Source: Haliotis rubra
Taxonomy: Eukaryota
DNA: 64,000 bases
Assembly: GCF_003918875.1 (NCBI RefSeq)
Contig: NW_025767038.1
Span: 372,001 to 436,000, forward strand
Direction: 5' to 3'
The first letter of the stretch is position 1; every line of letters starts with the position of its first letter. The notes beneath the pieces were generated by a model that saw nothing but the letters and a program-made list of their open reading frames with translations, did not search any database and was not told the origin of the DNA. Of the stretch, positions 1-11,569 are shown piece by piece. Position numbers and translations under genes: made by a program.

Positions 1-669
1 TAATTGTTTCATCAAAGAGCACAGGGCAATATTTCAGATATTGCCACATACAAGGCCAGGTATTAAGTGAGTAGGGTTAGTTCCGTTTCAAATTCAGTTT
101 ACCCTGCTTGAATCGTGTTTACAGTACTCAGGTATACCTGGATACAGGTCACGTGAACATTTCAATTTGTGCCCATTATAGTCTGACAAAGTGCTATATA
201 TAATCAGCAAGTGCATATTGAAATTTTACAATATTTTAAAATAAAATGAGCACTTTATTAAATATTGCTGTTCGAAGGTCGTGTTATGTGCAGAGAGCAT
301 TTAAATAGAAGCGACAAAACCCTCCCACATCCCTAAGAAATCTCTGCTAAAAGCAGAGTCGATTGCAAAATTGTGACTATGTCATGAGTATACATTTGTT
401 TCAGCAGTATTACAGCTGTACGATGTTGTTTGTATACAAACAAGTCTTAACCAGTGACTATCACCATGCGATACGATGAATTGCATTGGACATCATTTGT
501 GTCACTGATGCATCAAATTTGGACTTTTCCTCCACATGTCTCCCATATAACTTGAAATAGTGATGATACAAGATCTTCTCGAAAAGGTGAGCGTTTCCGA
601 CCCCACTGGTGGCACCCGTCATAAACATATGCCAAGTCTCGTCAATTGTTCACCTGCAAGTCAAAATAG

Positions 670-850
670 GGAACAAGGGTGGCAAGACGCTCTTTGAAAT
701 TTTGATAAAAAGAACAAGCTCGATTGTACCCCAAAAGTTCTGAAATGTAAACACCAAAGGCTGGTGTTGTTGGAATATTGATCGATTATTGGAAAGTAGA
801 AATCATCCTTTTTGCCATAAAGCCTTGTGGAGAGTTATTTGTCTCTCTGA
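670..850 (-). mobile_element. Penelope-like retroelement reverse transcriptase C-terminal fragment (second copy ~13870-14030)
   Basis: Degenerate translation LSTRLYGKKDDFYFPII..NIPTTPAFGVYISELLGYNRACSFYQNF matches the PLE motif LYDKRDDFNFPI..NIP..PAYGVYISQLIRY.RAC. Confidence 0.75.
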
Positions 851-1497
851 ATCTTTATGCAAAACCAATTAGAAGTGAAAAGAGGGCCCAAAAAATACCG
901 AGTTTGTGTTTTCTGTAATGAACATTAATTTGAAAGAACTGATATTAAATATCTATCTAACCATCACTCATCCTTGCAACAGGTTGTAAACATACTTTCG
1001 TTTATTGATGACTACTTAAAAATATATTTTGTAACCATATGCCCATTCCACCTTTGTAATGCTTTATGCTTGTGCCTAAAAGAATACTGATTCTGAAGGA
1101 TAAGATGACAATGATACCTATCAACAGTTGTGTATCGTGTTGAATTTCTCAGTTGAAATTCCACCGAGAACATTAAGTGCTTATCAAGCGTGATATACTC
1201 ATAGAAACGAATAATGTAACACATGAAAGTATAAGTGTTCCTTTACATATTTTCAGAATTTCACTCACAGTGCAATATATACCTTGTGAAGAAACCTGGA
1301 AAAGAATAAAGGAGCACATGTACTTACATGTGTTCCCTTATTAGTTTCCATGAGTATATATTTTGATCTATAATGGATAGAACTCATAGACACTACAAGA
1401 TCGACGGTGCTAAGAGGAGCGGGCCACGCCAATATGTCACTTAAGATTCAGCCTTTTTCCAAAGCTGGACATCATAATTATACAGTTACTTGGGTTA

Positions 1498-1924
1498 AAG
1501 GGGTCGTTTTCGGCGCGGGTACTACTGTACCCTGTACAGAGAAACGTACCCTACCAAAATCGGAATACAGAAACTTATCTAGGGACGAGACCGAACTGTC
1601 ATACTATTGTATAAGATGCATTGGATTGTGTTATAAACTTAAACAAAACACACAGTGACAAATATTGCACGATGCACAGTGTCACTTGTAATGATGCGAA
1701 TGGAAGCTAAATAAACGCGATACACTTGTGATCCTATTTAAAAAATGATCAAATATAACAAAATTACATGATATATTTGGGATTACACTCAGTACAATGT
1801 AGACTCGTCTTCCGTTTAGGGTACCGGGCACGTTATGCATGCTGTCTTTGTTCAGCGTACACTTCCGCGTACAAAACGTACCTTGGGTACATATCTGTAG
1901 TACCCGTATCAACAACGACCCCTT
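1498..1924. mobile_element. MITE-like non-autonomous DNA transposon (second copy ~7709-8145)
   Basis: Imperfect terminal inverted repeats aaggggtcgtt...cgggtactac / gtagtacccg...aacgacccctt; no coding capacity. Confidence 0.65.
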
Positions 1925-2074
1925 CGGTGTTACTTGCTTGTTTGCGTTTCTCTGCTTCCCAGTTCGTGCCTCACCAGACACCATTATTTAATAAGATTTC
2001 AAACAGCTGGTGTCACTGATGGAATATTGCTCAAAGCGGTGTATATCCACACTCATTCACTCTTTCATGTAAAC

Positions 2075-2398
2075 CAGGGTCCTGATCCACAAAGCAGCGT
2101 TCGAAATCAACGTCCGTCTGTTGGACCGAAGGCGACAGAAAACCACTCGGAGCCACAGCTTTTGTTTTCTGCATACCCAATAACTAAGAGTCTTATTTCC
2201 ATATTAAAATATAGGGCCTGCACATTCTGATCAGGAAGCACAACTTTTTATGGTTCTGGGTCCTTAGTGCCTGCAGCTTTTTAGTGTTAAGGGCAAACAC
2301 TGCCACAAAGAATTCGTAACGATAAGCCTAAATTCAGTAGTTTATCATAGGCTTACAAATGTCGTAGCGCTATAAACGATTTGTGGATCGGGACCCTG
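2075..2398. mobile_element. MITE-like element
   Basis: TIRs cagggtcctgatccacaaa / tttgtggatcgggaccctg. The right TIR is deleted in the duplicate near 8600. Confidence 0.65.
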
Positions 2399-2724
2399 TT
2401 CATAACACGTTTCAGGCAAACCTTCTAATTAAACAAAGTGCACAAAGCAAAGAAGACGGTCAGTTGTTTATTGTAATTTGACGACCACGACGAAGAGAGG
2501 AACGAATTCTAAACAAACAGAAGCATGTGTTTGTAAACAGTAGAAATATGCACTGTTGTGCAGAGTATGCGCTGTTTCATACATAACAGCACACTTGAGA
2601 TTTGTCGTGTTTAATGATGTCCATCAGATCAAATCACTCTGAACAACTTGTTTTCTAGGAAGCCAGTCTTCATGAAACCCGAGTCCGCCACGTTTTACAG
2701 CAATATGTCTATTGCATTTGATCA

Positions 2725-3831
2725 CTAGTCACTGCCATTATCACCTCCGTCATCTCCACCGTCATCACCTCCGTCATCACCTCCGTCATCTCCACCGTCA
2801 TCCCCTCCTTCATCTCCAAAGTCATCACCTCCGTCGTCTCCACCGTCATCACCTCCGTCATCGCCACCGTCATCTCCACCGTCATCACCTCCGTCATCAT
2901 CACCTCCGTCATCACCTCCGTCATCACCTGCATCATCATTACCACCGGTTTCTCCGCTTGAATTATTTGCAGGTGGAGAAGCAGGTTGAGGGGCAGTTTG
3001 AGGGGCAGGTTGAGAAGCAGGAGCAGGTGGAGTTGCTGAGAAGATTATATTTAATTAGAAAATATTCCAAAACTACGAAACAAGGGCGAAACAAAGACGT
3101 ATGGAACACAGCTATATACAAAACTCATTATTGAGAAGGAAACACTATGGCTTTAAAATCCATAGATAAGACCATCAAATATAACGTCTCCAAAATATGA
3201 CATGATGATAACGGCAATCGGACGTTAATAAAGAAACATACACATTCATCATACCATCAGAATAGTATCACACTAAAAGGAAACCTTTTGTTTAGTGTAA
3301 TCAAACATATCTTCAAGGTTATATATACTACACATCCCTTGTGGGTATATTCATCCCTTTTGGATTGCAGTATTTTCTTATTGTCATCGCAGTGAAATGA
3401 AAACAGGGTCATTCTCCAAAGTAAGGTCAGAAATAAACAATAGAACTGTCATTCCGGGTTAATATGGACTTCTGAAATGATGGCTGCGCATCAACTGTTA
3501 CATCATCAGAAAGATACAATTTGAAGACACGTTTCATGACACCTTTAAACCATTTAATGTGACAGCTGTACTGTGCAGTTTCCAAAGAGTGTTTAAGTAG
3601 TATTGTGTGTATAAATGAAAAAGACAAGATCGTGCATATCTGGGAATCTGATACATCTGATAGTCGTAGAGACATCGACCGACGGATCATACACCTTCAA
3701 TTTACACACAAACGCTTTTATTCAGAGATGTAAACTATTCATTTGAACTCACTATCCTGGGCGTCACCCATTTGCCACAAGCAGGCAAATGCAAGCACAA
3801 CCGCCATGATCATAATTGTCTTGGTCCTCAT
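2725..3831 (-). CDS. Secreted Asp/Gly-rich (DDGG)n acidic protein, copy A, 129 aa
   Basis: Coding exons 3831-3753 (MRTKTIMIMAVVLAFACLWQMGDAQD, donor GTGAGT, phase 1) and 3035-2725 (acceptor ttctcag, stop TAG). Spliced product: MRTKTIMIMAVVLAFACLWQMGDAQDTTPPAPASQPAPQTAPQPASPPANNSSGETGGNDDAG(DDGG)2DDDGG(DDGG)5DDFGDEGG(DDGG)5DNGSD. Hydrophobic signal peptide, 34 Asp in the last 70 residues, AATAAA at 2472-2467. Confidence 0.9.
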
Positions 3832-4269
3832 AGTGACTGTTCCTCAGGCGTTTCTGAAATATATGGAACAAAACATATGTTTAAGCAAATGCCTGTCTGT
3901 CCTGGACTCATGCGCACCAGATAATCAGTTCGACTTACAATATCCATAATTATTTTTCGCATTAGTCCATACAGATAATGGTACTCTCTGATGGACGAAA
4001 ATACTAAAATCATGGGAGACCTGTCAAAAGGTAAGCGCAATAATGAAATATCAAACTAAATTAACAGGTAATGTACAGAGCCAAAAATGCAAGGTTTTTG
4101 AAATAACCAAGATAACTCTTCTGGTCTATTTGATATTGACACAAGGAAATAATATCAACAGATCTTCTAAGCAGCAGGCAGTAATATATATTGGGCTGTA
4201 AAGGTTGGTTTAATGAGCAGGTCATTAAAGAGGTCGGGCGTGAATTTATATATTTGCATTTTTTTGCAG

Positions 4270-5160
4270 CCATGTCACTAATTTAATGTAAAACCACCTC
4301 TATTGTTCACGAATGCCAGAATTCGTCGAGAGAAGCTTCTGATGAGAGTACCAATTTCAACTTGAGTCATGTTGTGCTACTGATCAGAGAGAACTGCATC
4401 AGGTTCACTGAGATGCCAATGACATGACAGCCGTGCTATATACTGGACTGGTCAGGGATGAATGTTGTCCATGACATGGCTGTGTTGCTGTTGGAGGCAT
4501 TAGAATACAAGCCGGGCATGACGAGTACGTGTATTGTCATCAAGAAAATGAAACGTTCAACAAAACGAAATGCAAATGACGCCAGGATTGCATCAATGAT
4601 CCATAGACAAAGTGGCAGGTCACACAGTCAGTATGACCCTCACCATGACACTACAAACCCACCATCAAACCGGTTTTGTTATATGACAACAACGTCCGTG
4701 AAACGTTCATTAGGACTTATCGAAACGCTTTTCTCGGGCCCTTGGTCATAAAAGTCGAGAATGAACTTCGATCCGTCAGGAAACATGACATAACCCCAAC
4801 ACCGATTATCCCAACGATGACGCCATAGGATGACACATGGAGGACGAGTACTCAGAGTATCTTCCGCAAGTAACAGATCTCATATCTGAGTGGTAGTTTG
4901 CAACAAAACCGATTTCGTAATGTCATCGTCCTCTGCCCGGGTGAAGATTTATGCCAAAGAGCGGTTGCTCATCAGCTGTATTTGACAAACTGCTGATAAT
5001 AGTCTGAGGAACTTTCAACGTTTGAGTAACAACGTTCTCATATGTGCGAGCCATGTCTTTGTCATGTAAACGTTGCAAACGACGCATGATCAGTACTGTT
5101 ACAATGCATTTAACAAAGAACCTTTGAGCGTTTTCTTCCAAGATAGCAATATACGTCTGG
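4270..5160 (-). mobile_element. Highly degenerate Tc1/mariner transposase relic inside intron 1 of the DDGG gene (second copy ~10450-11340)
   Basis: Broken translations WGYVMFPDGSKFIL, ERFTD..NRFDGGFVVSW and LIRSFSRRILAFVNNRGG match Tc1 motifs FSDESKF, RFGGGSVMVW and the C-terminal SMxRR...RGG. Confidence 0.7.
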
Positions 5161-5324
5161 TGACAATCTGATGTCCAAGAGTAATTCTGGCACACCACCT
5201 CTTGCACGTAGAGTCTGAGGTCACTCACCCACTCACTCACGTCCTCATAGCAAAGCGGTTTTGAATGAAACACAAACAAACATCAGAAGAATCTAAATAA
5301 TGAAACAAGCTAAGTTATACTTAC

Positions 5325-5394
5325 GATAGAGAAAACTGTCGCAGTTTATCAACTCTTGGAAGTGTAATGTTTCAATATTCCACACGTATATATA
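5325..5394 (-). promoter_or_regulatory. TATA box and short non-coding first exon of DDGG gene copy A
   Basis: GGTATATATA on the minus strand (TATA 5394-5387), then a ~40 nt exon ending in a perfect GTAAGT donor (5324-5319). A matching tttcag acceptor lies just upstream of the ATG exon. Confidence 0.7.
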
Positions 5395-6439
5395 CCTGTT
5401 TCTTTGACATGTGTAAATTTGAATAAGGTGGTCTTAATGGAGGTGACCTCTGACGAATCATACGTGTTTACACGTGTACTTTGTGTCGTAACAATGTCAA
5501 CATGTTAATATTAGTCGTGATTTTTTTGCACGAACGTGGCAACATCTGTGATCATACTTGATGACATTGTTGACACCAGGAATGTACTATTTTTGGAAAG
5601 AGGAATATTTTGTAAAAGATATCTGTTGTTTTAGGCACCGAAGATCTGTATGAATGAGTCAAACTTTAATCTGCTTTAAGAAATGTACCTGGATTGGATA
5701 ACCTATGGAAAAAGATAAGTTTCTGAATATTGATAATATTTCTATACTAAAACATATTTTACAGGATATGTACGCATGCCTGAATTTAATAACTTTTACA
5801 CTCGTAACGTGCCCAACTATACATTCCATATTATTCGGAATATGTTTTGGTGTTTAAATCTTACTGCCAGTCTAAGCGTTTCTTTACGAAAACATAATAT
5901 GTTTATTTTGAAAATGGCATATTTTCTTCCTTAAACAATCTCCTATTAGAAATGGTCAAAACTGCTTGAGCTTTATGAAAAGGTAAAGAGACCTGTCCAT
6001 CGGTTCTTGTTACAAGTGAACGAGTCAACTGGGTAACCTAAACTACTTGTTCATCTGGAATACACAATGTAGAGGCAGGATATCAGCGAGATGTGATCAC
6101 AAGGTCTGCTCAATTACATACGAGGTTTTCATGTGAATGGAATTTAGAATTTGGACCTTCGACTAACATATATTTGAAAATTAATGATATGTTGTTTACA
6201 CAAAGTACACAAAGTACCGATTTTAAAGATTTTGATGTTAAATATTCTATTATTTACACAGGCCTTTGAAAACAAATAGTATAATTTGTTGTTGGTCACA
6301 TGTCAGCACGTATTCCGACGTTCCCCAGTTTCTCCCTTTTCAAATATAATTGTTTTCATTGGTCAAAACTGACAATTGCTTGGCAACGTGTAGTTTATGA
6401 ATTAGAGCCACAGGTCAATTTGGGAGCCATGGGTTAAAA

Positions 6440-6920
6440 GGTCATGTCCAATAATAGGAACGTGTTGGAGACCGTGGACTTGATGTAAATTCCACTACTT
6501 GTGGCTGCGAAGACTCACATACCTGTTACCAAACTGTATGCCATGTAATGAAAGGTGACATCTGTATCATTGACAATAACACTCTTCGTAAGTTATACCA
6601 AGACAAGTGCGTCTTTTATGGACCAAAGTTTCGTGAGCAACCTCCCAACAATTGGGATTAAAACTTTAAGATAATTATGGATAGTACCAAAGCTTTACCA
6701 ACAATAACCTAAAGTGGAAAAGACACCTGCTAACTGACTTCCACTGTCGGTTGAGTGTTTGATGCTGCCATTAGTAGAATGAACAAAATGAAAGGGTGAA
6801 AACGGAATTGGAATAAACCTGTTTTGTTCCTGTCATCCAAGGTCTGTCGGCCCTACATGGAAAAAATTGTAGTTGTTCCCACTTAAAACGTCCTTTAATT
6901 GTTTCATCAAAGAGCAAAGA
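6440..6920 (+). mobile_element. Penelope-like element ORF fragment (second copy ~12620-13100)
   Basis: CGCEDS..CHVMKGDICIIDNNTLRKL..GPKFREQPPNNWD*NFKIIMD..KIVVVP resembles the PLE GHVITGDL.II.N..LR....GPKYRE...NW motif; contains stops. Confidence 0.7.
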
Positions 6921-8928
6921 GCAATATTTCAGATATTGCCACATACAAGGCCAGGTATTAAGTGAGTAGGGTTAGTTCCGTTTCAAATTCAGTTTACCCT
7001 GCTTGAATCGTGTTTACAGTACTCAGGTATACCTGGATACAGGTCACGTGAACATTTCAATTTGTGCCCATTATAGTCTGACAAAGTGCTATATATAATC
7101 AGCAAGTGCATATTGAAATTTTACAATATTTTAAAATAAAATGAGCACTTTATTAAAATATTGCTGTTCGAAGGTCGTGTTATGTGCAGAGAGCATTTAA
7201 ATAGAAGCGACAAAACCCTCCCACATCCCTAAGAAATCTCTACTTAAAGCAGAGTCGATTGCAAAATTGTGACTATATCATGAGTATAAATTTGTTTCCG
7301 CAGTATTACAGCCGTACTACGATGTTGTTTGTAAACAAATCGAGTCTGAACCAGTGACTATCACCATGCGATACGATGAAGTGCATTGGACATCATTTGT
7401 GTCACTGATGCATCAAATTTGGACTTTTTTCTCCACATGTCTCTGTTCCTTTATATATTTTCAGAATTTCACTCACAGTGCAATATATACCTTGTGAAGA
7501 AACCTGGAAAAAAATAAAAGGAACACGTGTACTTACATGTGTTCCCTTATTAGTTTCCATGAGTATTTATATTTGGGTCTATAATGGATAGAGCTCATAG
7601 AAACTACAAGATGACGTTGCTAAGAGGGACGGGCCACGCCAATATGTCACCTAAGATTCAGCGTTTGTCCCAAAGCTGGACATCATAATTATACGGTTAC
7701 TTGGGCTAAAGGAGTCGTTTTCGGGGCGGGTACCGCATACATGTACCCTGTACAGAGAAACGTAACCTACCAAAATCGGAATACAGAAACTTATCCAGGG
7801 ACGAGACCGAACTGTCATACTATTGTGTAAGATGCATTGGATTGTGTTATAAACTTAAACAAAACACACAGTGACAAAATATTGCGTGATGCACAGTGTC
7901 ACTTGTAATGATGCGAACGGAAGCTAAATAAACGCGAAACACTTTCGATCCCATTTAAAAAATGATCAAATATAACAAAATTACATGATAAATTTTGGAT
8001 TACACTATCTCAGTACAATGTAGACTTGTCTTCCGTTTAGGGTACCGGGCACGTTGTGCATGCTGTCTTTGTTCAGCGTACACTTCGGCGTACAAAAACG
8101 TACCTTGGGTACATATCTGTAGTACCCGTATCAACAACGACCCCTTCGGTGTTACTTGCTTGTTTGCGTTTCTCTGCTTCCCAGTTCGTGCCTCACCAGA
8201 CACCATTATTTAATAAGATTTCAAACAGCTGGTGTCACTGATGGAATATTGTTCAAAGCGGTGTATATCCACACTCATTCACTCTTTCATGTAAACCAGG
8301 GTCCTGATCCACAAAGCAGCGTTCGAAATCAACGTCGGTCCATTGGACCGAAGGCGACAGAAAACCACTCGGAGCCACAGCTTTTGTTTTCTGCATCCCC
8401 AATAACTAAGAGTCTTATTTCCATATTAAAATATAGGGCCTGCACATTCTGATCAGGAAGCACAACTTTTTATGGTTCTGGGTCCTTAGTGCCTGCAGCT
8501 TTTCAGTGTTAAGGGCAAACACTGCCACAAAGAATTCGTAACGATAAGCCTAAATTCAGTAGTTTATCATAGGCTTACAAATGTCGTAGCGCTATAAACG
8601 ATTCATAACACGTTTCAGGTAAACCTTCTAATTAAACAAAGTGCACAAAACAAAGAAGACGGTCAGTTGTTTATTGTAATTTGACGACCACGACGAAGAG
8701 AGGAACGAATTCTAAACAAACAGAAGCATGTGTTTGTAAACAGTAGAAATATGCACTGTTGTGCAGAGTATGCGCTGTTTCATACATAACAGCACACTTG
8801 AGATTTGTCGTGTTTAATGATGTCCATCAGATCAAATCACTCTGAACAACTTGTTTTCTAGGGAAGCCAGTCTTCATGAAACCCGAGTCCGCCACGTTTT
8901 ACAGCAATATGTCTATTGCATTTGATCA

Positions 8929-10012
8929 CTAGTCACTGCCATTATCACCTCCGTCATCTCCACCGTCATCACCTCCGTCATCACCTCCGTCATCTCCACC
9001 GTCATCCCCTCCTTCATCTCCAAAGTCATCACCTCCGTCGTCTCCACCGTCATCACCTCCGTCATCGCCACCGTCATCTCCACCGTCATCACCTCCGTCA
9101 TCACCTCCGTCATCACCTGCATCATCATTACCACCGGTTTCTCCGCTTGAATTATTTGCAGGTGGAGAAGCAGGTTGAGGGGCAGTTTGAGGGGCAGGTT
9201 GAGAAGCAGGAGCAGGTGGAGTTGCTGAGAAGATTATATTTAATTAGAAAATATTCCAAAACTACGAAACAAGGGCGAAACAAAGACGTATGGAACACAG
9301 CTATATACAAAACTCATTATTGAGAAGGAAACACTATGGCTTTAAAATCCATAGATAAGACCATCAAATATAACGTCTCCAAAATATGACATGATGATAA
9401 CGGCAATCGGACGTTAATAAAGAAACATACACATTCATCATACCATCAGAATAGTATCACACTAAAAGGAAACCTTTTGTTTAGTGTAATCAAACATATC
9501 TTCAAGGTTATATATACTACACATCCCTTTGTGGGTATATTCATCCCTTTTGATTGCAGTATTTTTTATTGTCATCGCAGTGAAATGAAAACAGGGTCAT
9601 TCTCCAAAGTAAGGTCAGAAATAAACAATAGAACTGTCATTCCGGGTTAATATGGACTTCTGAAATGATGGCTGCGCATCAACTGTTACATCATCAGAAA
9701 GATACAATTTGACGATTCATGACACCTTTAAATCATTTAATGTGACAGCTGTACTGTGCATTCCAAAGAGTGTTTAAGTAGTATTGTGTGTATAAATGAA
9801 AAAGACAAGATCGTGCATATCTGGGAATCTGATACATCTGATAGTCGTAGAGACATCGACCGACGGATCATACACCTTCAATTTACACACAAACGCTTTT
9901 ATTCAGAGATGTAAACTATTCATTTGAACTCACTATCCTGGGCGTCACCCATTTGCCACAAGCAGGCAAATGCAAGCACAACCGCCATGATCATAATTGT
10001 CTTGGTCCTCAT
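8929..10012 (-). CDS. Secreted Asp/Gly-rich (DDGG)n acidic protein, copy B, 124 aa
   Basis: Exons 10012-9934 and 9224-8929. Same protein as copy A except for an in-frame 15-nt deletion (DDDGG) in the repeat. Confidence 0.9.
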
Positions 10013-11499
10013 AGTGACTGTTCTTCAGGCGTTTCTGAAATATATGGAACAAAACATGTTTAAGCAAATGCCTGTCTGTCCTGGACTCATGCGCACCAGA
10101 TAATCAGTTCGACTTAAAATATCCATAATTATTTTTGGCATTAGTCCATACAGATAATGGTACTCTCTGATGGACGAAAATACTAAAATCATGGGAGACC
10201 TGTCAAAAGGTAAGCGCAATAATGAAATATCAAACTAAATTAACAGGTAATGTACAGAGCCAAAAATGCAAGGTTATTGAAATTACCAAGATAACTCTTC
10301 TGGTCTATGTGATATTGACACAAGGAAATAATATCAACAGATCTTCTAAGCAGCAGGCAAAAATATATATTGGGCTGTGATGGTTGGTTTAATGAGCAGG
10401 TCATTAAAGAGGTCGGGTGTGAATTTATTAATTTGCATCTTTTTGCAACCATGTCACTAATTTCATGTAGAACCACCTCTATTGTTCACAAATGCTAGAA
10501 TTCGTCGAGACATGCTTCTGATGAGAGTACCAATTTCAACTTGACTCATGTTGTTCTACTGATCAGAGAGAACTGCATCAGGTTCACTGAGATGCCAATG
10601 ACATCACAGCCTTGCTATATACTGGACTGGTCAGGGATGAATGTTGTCCATGACATGGCTGTGTTGCTGTTGGAGGCATTAGAATACAAGCTGGGCATGA
10701 CGAGTACGTGCATTGTCATCAAGAAAATGAAACGTTCAACAAAACGAAATGCAAATGACACCAGGACTGCGCCTAAGATCCATAGACAAAGTGGCAGGTC
10801 ACACATTCAGTGTGACCCTCACCATGAGACTACAAACCCACCATCAAACCGGTTTTGTTATATGACAACAACGTCCGTGAAACGTTCATTAGGACTTATC
10901 GAAACGCTTTTCTCGGGCCCTTGGTCATAGAAGTCGAGAATGAACTTCGATCCGTCAGGAAACATGACATAACCCCAACACCGATTATCCCAACGATGAC
11001 GCCATAGGATGACACATGGAGGACGAGTACTCAGAGTATCTTCCGCAAGTAACAGATCTCATATCTGAGTGGTAGTTTGCAACAAAACCGATTTCGTAAT
11101 GTCATCGTCCTCTGCCCGGGTGAAGATTTATGCCAAAGAGCGGTTGCTCATCAGCTGTATTTGACAAACTGCTGATAATAGTCTGAGGAACTTTCAACGT
11201 TTGAGTAACAACGTTCTCATATGTGCGAACCATGTCTTTGTCATGTAAACGTTGCAAACGACGCATGATCAGTACCGTTACAATGCATTTAACAAAGTAC
11301 CTTTGAGCGTTTTCTTCCAAGATAGCAATATCTGGTGACAATCTGATGTCCAAGAGTAATTCTGGCACACCACCTCTTGCACGTAGAGTCTGAGGTCACT
11401 CACCCACTCACTCACGTCCTCATAGCAAAGCGGTTTTGAATGAAACACAAACAAACATCAGAAGAATCTAAATAATGAAACAAGCTAAGTTATACTTAC

Positions 11500-11569
11500 G
11501 ATAGAGAAAACTGTCGCAGTTTATCAACTCTTGGAAGTGTAATGTTTCAATATTCCACACGTATATATA
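11500..11569 (-). promoter_or_regulatory. TATA box and non-coding first exon of DDGG gene copy B
   Basis: TATATATA at 11569-11562 and GTAAGT donor at 11499-11494, same as copy A. Confidence 0.7.

Noticed and set aside
2740-2930. CRISPR-like or other prokaryotic repeat array
   Set aside because: No unique spacers, eukaryotic context, coding tandem repeat.
2712-3134. His/Arg-rich 140 aa plus-strand ORF and MTEV-repeat minus ORF (also 8913-9323)
   Set aside because: Antisense and off-frame shadows of the DDGG exon. Splice sites, signal exon, polyA signal and synonymous variation all support the DDGG frame.
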